64,000 nt of DNA. Source: an uncultured Candidatus Saccharibacteria bacterium (GTDB taxonomy: Bacteria; Patescibacteriota; Minisyncoccia; Minisyncoccales; JANBVM01). Where the stretch lies: positions 12 through 64,011 of the forward strand of contig CAZEQH010000003.1 of assembly GCA_964514375.1 (NCBI GenBank), in the 5' to 3' direction. A program made the position numbers and the translations under genes. Positions 7,292 to 15,404 of this stretch are shown here, in pieces. The notes under the pieces are model-generated. The model was not told the origin of the DNA and did no database searches. It saw only the letters and a program-made list of their open reading frames with translations. Position 1 is the first letter of the stretch, and each line of letters starts with the position of its first letter.

Positions 7292-9685
7292 TCAACTATG
7301 AGTCCGCCGAAGAGTTGACCTTTTTTGGGCAAGAGACAGGCTGGTTTTTATGACCGTGTCGGGATTAAGGGATATCGCCCCTATCCCCTGCTTTAATAGA
7401 AATTCGGCAAATTTGGGGAAATAACTGGGGGCCTCCCCGCAGATACCGACATATTTTTTCTGCTTGTTACATTCGGCAATCGCCGCAGCAATCATTTTTT
7501 TCACCGCCTTATTACGCTCGTCACCAATATAGGCGATCTTAGCGCTGTCCCTATCCATTCCCAGGGTAAGCTGGGTAAGATCGTTGGAACCGATACTCAT
7601 ACCGTCAAATATCTCCAGAAATTCCTTGGCCAGAATAACATTGGAGGGTATTTCACACATGACGATAACCTTGAGATTATCCTTGCCTTTTTTTAATCCG
7701 CTCTTAGCCATAATGTCCAACACCTTTTTCCCCTCTTCGGGGGTCCGACAGAACGGAACCATTACCCAGATGTTTTTCAGACCGAAAACCTCTCTCGCTT
7801 TTTTAAGGGCCTGGCATTCCATCTCAAAAGCCGGCTGATATTCTTTATCATAATACCTTGATGCCCCCCGCCAACCGATCATGGGATTGGATTCTTCCGG
7901 CTCAAATTCTCTACCTCCGATGAGGGAGGCATACTCGTTGCTTTTAAAATCGGAAAGCCTGACTATCACGCTCTTGGGATAGAAAGCTGCTGCTATCTGA
8001 GCAATACCTTCGGCCAGCTTGTCGATAAAATATTCTTTCTTGTCCTTATATCCGGAGGTTAATTCTTCTATTTTTTCTTTCACCTTTCTGTCTTTTATTT
8101 TATCGTAATAATACAGGGCCAAGGGGTGTATTCTTATTTTCTCGGCAATAATAAATTCTTCCCTGGCAAGACCTACACCGTCTGCGGGCAGGAAAGAAGC
8201 CTTAAAAGCCGCTTCCGGCGCTCCTAAGTTTAGCACAATCTTAACCGGTAGATCCGGAATCTTTTTGAGGTCGTATTTCTTTACCCGGAAAGGAATCTTT
8301 CCCGCAAAAATCCTTCCTTTAGTACAGTCTACCGTTACTTCCATGCCCGTCTTAAGAACCTTAGTGGACTCTTTGGTACCTACTATACAAGGGATACCCA
8401 ACTCCCGGCTGACAATGGCTGCATGGGCTGTCTTCCCACCTTCGTCGGTCACAATAGCGGCAGCCATTCTCATGATAGGCACCCAGTCAGGATCGGTCAT
8501 GGTGGTAACCAATACCTCCCCTTTCTTAAACTCCCCTATCTTGGAAACGTGGGGTATTACTTTTACCTTACCCTGTCCTATCTTGTTACCTATGGAAATA
8601 CCGGTCAGAATGGGCTTTTCCTTGACTTTAATTTCATATTCCTGATAACTCTTTCCAAGATTAGGAGTATGAACGGTTTCGGGCCTTGACTGCACAATAA
8701 ACAGCTTCCCGGTATTGCCGTCTTTGGCCCATTCAATGTCCTGGGGAAACCTGTAATAATCCTCTATTTCAGCTGCCCATCCTGCTAGGGTGAGTACCTC
8801 CTGGTCCGTAAGAGAAAGCTTTTTCTGTTTATCAGGCTCTACGTTCACTTCTTTAAGCCCTCCGCTTTTACCGTAGACGTATTTTTTATTCTTCCTCCCT
8901 AGATTCTTTATGATGATTGACTTGTATCCTTTCTTGAGAGTAGGCTTAAACACGTAGAACTCGTCGGGAGTAATCTTTCCCTGGACTATCATTTCCCCTA
9001 CTCCGAAGATAGAGTTTATCAGAATTACGTTACTAAAACCCGTTTCCGTGTCAATAGTGAACATCACTCCCGAAGAAGCAAGGTCTGACCTAACCATTTT
9101 CTGCACTCCAACGGATAGCGCTATCTTCAGTTGCTTGAATCCCTTTTCCTCACGGTAGGATATGGCTCTGTCGGTAAAAAGAGAAGCCAAACATTTCTTG
9201 ATAGTCTTCATCAGTTCCCTTTCTCCTTTGACGTTTAGGAATGTTTCCATCTGACCGGCAAAGGAAGCGGTTTTCAGGTCTTCCGCAGTGGCAGATGATC
9301 TTACGGCCACATCCGTTGCCTTTTCGCGGTAACTCCCGGACAACTTTCTGTAATTCTTAACTATTTCTTCCTTAAGGTCCTTGGGGAACTCACTTTTAAG
9401 AATCATGTCTCTGGCAGCCTTACCGGTTTTCTTCAAACTGTCCAGGCTTCCCGGATTGAATTTTTTAAAAACCTCTTTCAGCTGCTCATCAATGCAGTTT
9501 TCTTTGAGAAAATACCAATAGGCGTAAGAAGTCAAAGCAAAACCGTTGGGAATATTAATACCCTTATTGGTCAAATTGGAATACATTTCCCCAAGAGAAG
9601 CGTTTTTCCCTCCTACCAGCGGAGTATCCTTTTTGGATATTTCGCTGAACCACAATACGTACTTTTTATTTTTTTCCTTTTCCAT
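7292..9685 (-). CDS. ppsA: Phosphoenolpyruvate synthase (pyruvate, water dikinase)
   Basis: 797 aa. N-terminal ATP-grasp VGGKNASLGEM, phosphohistidine region GGKTAHAAIVSRELGIPCIVG, C-terminal PEP-utilising domain. Confidence 0.9.
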   Translation of the reverse strand: MEKEKNKKYVLWFSEISKKDTPLVGGKNASLGEMYSNLTNKGINIPNGFALTSYAYWYFLKENCIDEQLKEVFKKFNPGSLDSLKKTGKAARDMILKSEFPKDLKEEIVKNYRKLSGSYREKATDVAVRSSATAEDLKTASFAGQMETFLNVKGERELMKTIKKCLASLFTDRAISYREEKGFKQLKIALSVGVQKMVRSDLASSGVMFTIDTETGFSNVILINSIFGVGEMIVQGKITPDEFYVFKPTLKKGYKSIIIKNLGRKNKKYVYGKSGGLKEVNVEPDKQKKLSLTDQEVLTLAGWAAEIEDYYRFPQDIEWAKDGNTGKLFIVQSRPETVHTPNLGKSYQEYEIKVKEKPILTGISIGNKIGQGKVKVIPHVSKIGEFKKGEVLVTTMTDPDWVPIMRMAAAIVTDEGGKTAHAAIVSRELGIPCIVGTKESTKVLKTGMEVTVDCTKGRIFAGKIPFRVKKYDLKKIPDLPVKIVLNLGAPEAAFKASFLPADGVGLAREEFIIAEKIRIHPLALYYYDKIKDRKVKEKIEELTSGYKDKKEYFIDKLAEGIAQIAAAFYPKSVIVRLSDFKSNEYASLIGGREFEPEESNPMIGWRGASRYYDKEYQPAFEMECQALKKAREVFGLKNIWVMVPFCRTPEEGKKVLDIMAKSGLKKGKDNLKVIVMCEIPSNVILAKEFLEIFDGMSIGSNDLTQLTLGMDRDSAKIAYIGDERNKAVKKMIAAAIAECNKQKKYVGICGEAPSYFPKFAEFLLKQGIGAISLNPDTVIKTSLSLAQKRSTLRRTHS

Positions 9686-11600
9686 CTTTTTTAATTACTT
9701 CCTTAATTTGTTTAACAGAAGAGGGATTAGACAGGGTCGAGAGGTCTCCCAGAGGTTCTCCCGTAAATAACCGCCTCAGAATCCTCCTCATTATCTTACC
9801 GCTTCTTGTCTTGGGTAAGTCTCTCACCAGATAGACCTTCTCCGGAAGAGCTATGGGTCCTATCTCCTGCCGAACCAGAAGAACTAATTCTTTTGACAGT
9901 TCTTTAATCTTTACCTTCCCGTTGGCAACAACAAAAACCACGGGCACTTCACCCTTTATCTGATGGGGCATGCCTACCACGGCGCACTCAGCCACTTTTT
10001 TATTTTTGGAAAGGATGTTCTCCAATTCTCCGGTACAGACCCTGTGCCCCGCTACTTTAATAACGTCATCCGCCCTGCCCAGAATCCTGATTAACCCGTT
10101 GCTGTCTTTGAACGCCTTATCTTCGGTAAAATAAACCTTGTCTCCGTATTCGCTCCAGTAGGTCTTTTTATATTTGGCAGGGTTTTTATAAACTCCCCTG
10201 AGCAATCCCGGGTTGAAAGGAGGGAAAATCACTAAATTGCCCTCCTTATTGGCGGATACATGCTTGCCTTTGTCGTTCAGAATATCAAATCTGATTCCCG
10301 GAAAAGGCAGACCTGCATAAGCTGGCTTAAAAGGTCCTATCCCGGGCAGGGAAGTAATGAGAATGCCTCCTGTTTCTGTCTGCCACCAAGTGTCCACAAT
10401 GGGGCACCTCTTTTTGCCTACTTGCCGGTAATACCAAAGCCAGGAACTCTCATCAATGGGCTCTCCCACAGAACCCAAGAGCCGCAAGGTGTTAAAATTA
10501 TGCTTCTTTAATATTTCCCCTCCATACTTCTGGAACATCCTGATGGCTGTGGGAGCCGTGTAGAAAATGGTAACGCCGTGCTTTTCGATAAGGTCGGCCC
10601 AGCGGTCATAATTAGGCCAATCGGGAGCTCCCTCGAAAATAAACACCGTAGCCCCGTTCAATAAAGGAGAATAAACGGTATACGTATGGCCCGTAATCCA
10701 ACCCACATCGGCCGTCGACCAGAAAATATCATTGTCCTTCAAATCGAAAATCAATCTTCCTGTCCACAATGCCTGTACCGTATAGCCGCCGCAGACATGT
10801 ACACACCCTTTTGGTTTCCCGGTGGAGCCAGAAGTATAAAGTATAAACAGGGTATCTTCGCTGTTCATGACAGCCGGCTCACACTCATCTTTCTGGCCCT
10901 TTTCCAGTTCTTCCCACCAGAGATCTCGACCCTTTTCCCAGGGAATCTTATTACCCGCCCTTTTGACTACTATCATCTTCTTGACGTTAGTATCCTTCAG
11001 CCCTGCTACCGCTTTCCTATATAAGTCTATAATTTTGCCCCGGCGATAATAACCGTCGGCTGTAATTAGAATTTTAGCCTGCGTGTCCTGCAGCCGTACC
11101 TTTAAGGCATTGGAGGAGAAGGCGGAGAAGACCACGCTGTGGACTGCTCCTATCCGGGCACAGGCCAGCATGGATATCACTACTTCGGGAACCATAGGGA
11201 GGTAAATGCCCACCTTATCGCCTTTTTTCACTCCTAAACCCTTCAAGGCATTGGCAACCTTGTTAACCTTCCTGTAAAGCTGATAATAAGTAAAAATCCT
11301 GGGCTTTTCCTCAGGCAGTTCTGATTCCCAGATAAGGGCTACCTTATTCTTCCTGTCCTGCAGGTTCATATCCAGGGCATTGTAGGTAATGTTCAATTTC
11401 CCGTCTTCAAACCACTTAAAATATGGCGGTTTGTGTGAAAAAACCTTCTTGGGCTCCTTGAACCAGATTATTTCTTTCGCCAACTCTCCCCAAAATTCCA
11501 AGGGATTTTTCAGGGCATTACGGTAAATTTTCTTATTATCAACCCATGCCTGCTTTTTAAAGTTCTGATCGGGATAATAAAGTTTTCCTTTCTTTTTCAT
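9666..11600 (-). CDS. acs: Acetyl-CoA synthetase (AMP-forming)
   Basis: 644 aa with ILYTSGSTGKPKG, WWQTETGG and the C-terminal SGKIMRR motif. The stop overlaps the ppsA start by 20 nt. Confidence 0.9.
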   Translation of the reverse strand: MKKKGKLYYPDQNFKKQAWVDNKKIYRNALKNPLEFWGELAKEIIWFKEPKKVFSHKPPYFKWFEDGKLNITYNALDMNLQDRKNKVALIWESELPEEKPRIFTYYQLYRKVNKVANALKGLGVKKGDKVGIYLPMVPEVVISMLACARIGAVHSVVFSAFSSNALKVRLQDTQAKILITADGYYRRGKIIDLYRKAVAGLKDTNVKKMIVVKRAGNKIPWEKGRDLWWEELEKGQKDECEPAVMNSEDTLFILYTSGSTGKPKGCVHVCGGYTVQALWTGRLIFDLKDNDIFWSTADVGWITGHTYTVYSPLLNGATVFIFEGAPDWPNYDRWADLIEKHGVTIFYTAPTAIRMFQKYGGEILKKHNFNTLRLLGSVGEPIDESSWLWYYRQVGKKRCPIVDTWWQTETGGILITSLPGIGPFKPAYAGLPFPGIRFDILNDKGKHVSANKEGNLVIFPPFNPGLLRGVYKNPAKYKKTYWSEYGDKVYFTEDKAFKDSNGLIRILGRADDVIKVAGHRVCTGELENILSKNKKVAECAVVGMPHQIKGEVPVVFVVANGKVKIKELSKELVLLVRQEIGPIALPEKVYLVRDLPKTRSGKIMRRILRRLFTGEPLGDLSTLSNPSSVKQIKEVIKKDGKGKK

Positions 11601-11652
11601 AGATTTAATATATTTTAACAGTTATTTTTATATATTTTAAGTATAGCGTAAT

Positions 11653-11680
11653 TAAAAAAGAGAGGCAAAAGCTCTCTTTG
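11653..11680 (-). terminator. Candidate intrinsic terminator after gap
   Basis: Stem AAGAGAG (11658..11664) / CTCTCTT (11672..11678) with a 7-nt loop. On the minus strand it is followed by a T-run. Confidence 0.5.
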
Positions 11681-11712
11681 GGGATAAAAAATCTTTACAA
11701 GGTAGGACAAGA

Positions 11713-12738
11713 TTACTTTAGTTTCTTAGCTAAGAATTCCGCAAAATCCGCCAATCGGGAAGCATAACCGTGTTCGTTATCATACCAGGCAAGCACCTTA
11801 ACCAGATTACCCATGGCATTGGTAGAACCAGAATCGACAACTGCGGAAAATGAGTTTCCTATGTAGTCTGAAGAAACGAGTGGAGCATCTTCTACTCCCA
11901 GAATACCGGCCAGCCTTGGCTCCTGCGACGCCTTCTTGAACAAGTAATTAACTTCTTGGGCGGTAGTCTCTTTTTCTACCTGACAGACCAGGTCTACTAT
12001 GGAAACAGTGGGCGTGGGGACTCTCAAGGCAATACCGTCCAGTTTTCCCGCCAGTTCCGGTATTACATTACCTATGGCCTTGGCGGCTCCCGTAGTGGTA
12101 GGGATAATGTTCAGGGCGGCCGCTCTGGCACGCCTCAAATCTTTGTGGGGCAGGTCAAGAATCTTCTGGTCATTGGTATATGAATGAATGGTAGTCATAA
12201 ATCCTTTCACTATTTTGAAATTGTCATTCAAAACTTTTGAAACGGGTGCCAGACAGTTGGTAGTGCAGGAAGCCATATCGTAAACGTTATGGTCTTTAAT
12301 ATCAAGCTTGTCTTCGTTAACTCCCAGGACGTAGGATGGAATTTTTTCCGGATTCTTGGAAGGAGCGGAGATAACTACCTTTTTGGCGCCGGCTTCCAAG
12401 TGTTTAGCAGCGCCTTCATAATCCCTAAAAACTCCGGTGGACTCGATTACAATGTCTATCCCCATCTTCTTCCACGGAAGAACAGACGGATCCTTTTCGG
12501 CAAATATCCTGATACCGTCCTCCCCATTAGTCCCGTTGACAAAGAGTTTGTCACCGCGGGCTTTTACCTGTTTTTTGTAAACCCCATAAATAGAATCGTA
12601 TCTCAAGAGATGCGCTAAAATCTCGGGTTCCGTTAAATCATTAATAGCTGCCACTTCTATGTTGGGGCGCTTTTCCATAAGCTGGCGGAAAACGGCTCTT
12701 CCTATTCTCCCAAAACCGTTGATGGCAATTTTTTTCAT
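11713..12738 (-). CDS. gap: Glyceraldehyde-3-phosphate dehydrogenase (type I)
   Basis: MKKIAINGFGRIGR Rossmann start and the catalytic SCTTNCLAP. I place the start at the second Met (12738), which has GGAAGAGGA upstream. The track ORF extends 21 codons further, to 12801. Confidence 0.9.
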   Translation of the reverse strand: MKKIAINGFGRIGRAVFRQLMEKRPNIEVAAINDLTEPEILAHLLRYDSIYGVYKKQVKARGDKLFVNGTNGEDGIRIFAEKDPSVLPWKKMGIDIVIESTGVFRDYEGAAKHLEAGAKKVVISAPSKNPEKIPSYVLGVNEDKLDIKDHNVYDMASCTTNCLAPVSKVLNDNFKIVKGFMTTIHSYTNDQKILDLPHKDLRRARAAALNIIPTTTGAAKAIGNVIPELAGKLDGIALRVPTPTVSIVDLVCQVEKETTAQEVNYLFKKASQEPRLAGILGVEDAPLVSSDYIGNSFSAVVDSGSTNAMGNLVKVLAWYDNEHGYASRLADFAEFLAKKLK

Positions 12739-12838
12739 ATCGTTTAAATTCCTCTTCCTATTTATTAATCCATTATATAAATAATCTTCAATTATGTCCA
12801 AAAAAAATACAGCTTCGCGCCGTATTTTTTCCTTTTAG

Positions 12839-13066
12839 TTAGAATTTGAGCAGTTGGGAAATCCTCACCTTGTCAAAACCGACAACTATCTCTCCATCAA
12901 TGTCTATGACGGGAACTCCCATCTGGCCCGACTTTTCAATCATTTCTTCCCTGGCCTCTACGTTTTCTGCGACATCCAGGTCTTCAAATTCTATCTTGTG
13001 GTCTTTGAGAAACTGCTTCAAGCTGACGCAGAAAGGACAGGCCCTGGTACTATATACTTTTATCAT
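12839..13066 (-). CDS. Glutaredoxin-like protein (NrdH/Grx family, CPFC)
   Basis: 75 aa. MIKVYSTRACPFC active site and the GVPVIDIDGE motif. Confidence 0.8.
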   Translation of the reverse strand: MIKVYSTRACPFCVSLKQFLKDHKIEFEDLDVAENVEAREEMIEKSGQMGVPVIDIDGEIVVGFDKVRISQLLKF

Positions 13067-13084
13067 AAACTAAGATTTTTTATG

Positions 13085-14074
13085 TTATTCGCAGCTTCCA
13101 CTGCTTGCAGTACCTTCATCCATTCCGAAACCGGCAGAAAAAGCGGTATCGGACAGAGTCTGAGAACAGGCCGCCGGAGGAGAATCAAAGGCGTTACAGA
13201 CTGCTTCTTTCAAGCTCTCAGGAGAACGGGAGGGCAGATTAACTACCGCATCGTTAATCACCAAGGTAGGAGACCCGCCTACTCCATACTGCTCGTTCAA
13301 ATCCTTCTGAACGTTGAACAGCGGATAATTTCCGCTCAACCAGGTGCTCTGGTCTGCAAACTGGCTGTAGATATCATACTGCTGGTCTGTTGCTTGGACG
13401 CAGCTGTCTATTTCACTTTTATTGATACCTGCTTGCTGAAAACATTTTTCTGAATCACCATCCTGGACAAAACAGGAAAGATAGTCTGTGTATTTGTCCT
13501 TTTCGTCCTGCTGGATACAGTATTGGTTAAGGTTTTCTGCAATCTCTTTCTCGCCGTGCATAATATAATCCACGAAATATACTCCCATATCGGCTTGGGC
13601 ACTTAATAGATTATAGACAGGGATAAACATCTTTTCAGCCTGAAGGCCGTAGGGACAATAGGACATCACGAAAAGCTTGACATCAGGCTTTGTCCTAGAC
13701 TGTACTTCGGTTGATGTGGCAGCCTGGCCGTTCCCCTGAACTGCTGCCATATCATACCCTTCCGGGAAAAGGTATTTGCCATCCTGGCTGATGTAAGAAT
13801 CGTATTCCTGGTCGTCTATTTTGATTGTTATTTTATATATGCTGCCTTCGTCATTCACCGATACCAGAGAAGCGCTCCTTCCCTGAGGCTCTAAAATGTT
13901 TTTGTTAATGAAATCGAGCGCCTTTTGGCCTGCATCCGCAGAAGATAAAACTTCAGAACTGCTCCCGGCGTTACTTCCCTTATTGAAAAAGAGGAAATAA
14001 CCTCCAATGAGCAGTACGCCGGCCAGGGCTACAACCATTAACGGTATTAATAGTTTTGGTTTTTCTTTGGTCAT
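13085..14074 (-). CDS. Membrane-anchored extracytoplasmic thioredoxin-fold protein (DsbA-like, CPYG)
   Basis: N-terminal TM anchor. FVMSYCPYGLQ motif in the C-terminal half, plus several further Cys. Confidence 0.55.
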   Translation of the reverse strand: MTKEKPKLLIPLMVVALAGVLLIGGYFLFFNKGSNAGSSSEVLSSADAGQKALDFINKNILEPQGRSASLVSVNDEGSIYKITIKIDDQEYDSYISQDGKYLFPEGYDMAAVQGNGQAATSTEVQSRTKPDVKLFVMSYCPYGLQAEKMFIPVYNLLSAQADMGVYFVDYIMHGEKEIAENLNQYCIQQDEKDKYTDYLSCFVQDGDSEKCFQQAGINKSEIDSCVQATDQQYDIYSQFADQSTWLSGNYPLFNVQKDLNEQYGVGGSPTLVINDAVVNLPSRSPESLKEAVCNAFDSPPAACSQTLSDTAFSAGFGMDEGTASSGSCE

Positions 14075-14137
14075 GTTTTAATATTGTTATTTTTTATATG
14101 GCTCAATTATAGCAGAAATGCCTATCTTGTAAAGATT

Positions 14138-14341
14138 TCACATCCCATTAAGCTCCTTTAATAAATTGTCCGTGTCTATGCCGTATTGTTGACAGACTTC
14201 ACCTATCTTCAATTTTTCCATTTCCATCTTGGCAAATGGGCAGGTCAAACAGGGCAGGTTATACTTTGCCAAAATCTCCTGACTGCCAGGATTCTCTAAA
14301 ATATCGGCCAGAATCGAATCTTTAGTGAATTTTTTCTCCAT
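14138..14341 (-). CDS. DUF1858-like small redox-disulfide domain protein
   Basis: 67 aa. The pattern ILAKYNLPCLTCPFAKME...LKIGEVCQQYGID resembles the hybrid-cluster-protein-associated DUF1858 domain. Confidence 0.6.
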   Translation of the reverse strand: MEKKFTKDSILADILENPGSQEILAKYNLPCLTCPFAKMEMEKLKIGEVCQQYGIDTDNLLKELNGM

Positions 14342-14407
14342 AATAAAGGATTTTATTGTTTTTATTATTTATGTCCTATCTATCGATAGGACAATGTAGG
14401 ACAAGAG

Positions 14408-14456
14408 GTTCGGAGTTCGGGGTTCGGAGTTCGAAGAAGGAAGTTCGAAGTTCGAA
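14408..14456. repeat. Tandem heptad tract GTTCGRR x7 (one unit degenerate)
   Basis: GTTCGGA GTTCGGG GTTCGGA GTTCGAA GAAGGAA GTTCGAA GTTCGAA. Related tracts occur at 17765..17786, 22797..22845, 43127..43149 and 63812..63839. Confidence 0.85.
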
Positions 14457-14466
14457 GACTAAATGA

Positions 14467-14599
14467 GGTAAGTGGTTGCAGGGTGGTCTTAAAGCCGGAG
14501 CGGGCATGGTTTTGCGGCTCTGCCGCAAAGAGCAAATGCCTTAAAGGCCTGCGAACTCTGCTCGCCGGGCAGAGCGAACGACCCTGAAACCAGCTTACC
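14467..14599. repeat. 133-nt GC-rich hairpin-rich repeat module 'S', copy 1 (candidate structured RNA)
   Basis: About three-quarters identical by eye to 22863..22995. Contains the perfect hairpin TTTGCGGC-TCT-GCCGCAAA, the hairpin CTCTGC-N7-GCAGAG, and a long closing stem GGTAAG..CAGGGT / ACCCTG..CTTACC. Confidence 0.8.
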
Positions 14600-14616
14600 G
14601 AACGACACGCTTCAGA

Positions 14617-15369
14617 CTAAGTTGCCAGCCAGCCTCCGTCAACTACCACCACAGACCCTGTCATGTAGGAAGAATCATCTGAAGCTAAAAATAGTACCGC
14701 CTTTGACACCTCCTCAGGCCTGCCCATTCTGTGCATGGGTATCCTGGCCAGGGTTCCTTCCATGGCCTTCTCATCACTGGAAGCTGCCATGGGCGTATCA
14801 ATGGCTCCCGGGGCTATGGCGTTCACCCTTACGTTGTAAGGCGTCATTTCCAGAGCCAGGGCTTCTGTCATGGCGATTATGCCTCCCTTGGAAGCACAGT
14901 AGTGAACTATACCAGGAAACCCCACCCCCACCTGTCCCATTCCTATGGAAGCGATATTAACTATGGAGCCCGATTTCTGCTTCACCATCTCTTTGGCGCA
15001 AGCCTGGGCGCAGAGAAAGTATCCTTTCAGATTAACATCCATAACTTTGTCCCAATCTTCTTCTGTAAGCTCAAGAAATGGCTTGAATGTTAATATGCCT
15101 GCGTTGTTAACTAAGATATCTATCCTGCCGAAAGTGTCCAGGACCTTTTTTACCATCTGCTCTACTTCTTCCTTACTGCTTACATCGCACTTTACTGCCA
15201 ATGCCTCCCCTCCCTTCTTTTCTATCTCTCCTGCCACCTTCTGACAGTCTTCCAAAGAGATATCGGAAACCACTACCTCAGCTCCCGCCTCAGCCAGAGT
15301 TAGGGCGTGGGCTTTGCCCATGCCTCTCCTGGCACCCGTAATAATTGCTACCTTGTTTTTTAAATTCAT
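14617..15369 (-). CDS. Short-chain dehydrogenase/reductase (FabG / glucose 1-dehydrogenase-like)
   Basis: TGARRGMG cofactor motif, NNAG, and the catalytic YCASKGG. Confidence 0.85.
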   Translation of the reverse strand: MNLKNKVAIITGARRGMGKAHALTLAEAGAEVVVSDISLEDCQKVAGEIEKKGGEALAVKCDVSSKEEVEQMVKKVLDTFGRIDILVNNAGILTFKPFLELTEEDWDKVMDVNLKGYFLCAQACAKEMVKQKSGSIVNIASIGMGQVGVGFPGIVHYCASKGGIIAMTEALALEMTPYNVRVNAIAPGAIDTPMAASSDEKAMEGTLARIPMHRMGRPEEVSKAVLFLASDDSSYMTGSVVVVDGGWLAT

Positions 15370-15404
15370 AAAATTATAAATTTGCTTATCTTCGACCTTT
15401 TGCT

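Noticed and set aside
14373-14392. Hairpin GTCCTATC-TATC-GATAGGAC upstream of the DUF1858 gene, as a defined operator
   Set aside because: The palindrome is real and TAGGAC recurs at 14395..14400. However, it is a single occurrence with no associated regulator or promoter context, so no function can be assigned.
14408-14456. Possibility that the heptad tracts or the 26-bp repeats (51749..51852) are CRISPR arrays
   Set aside because: The units are contiguous with no unique 25-40-bp spacers, there are only a few units, and no cas genes are present in the window.
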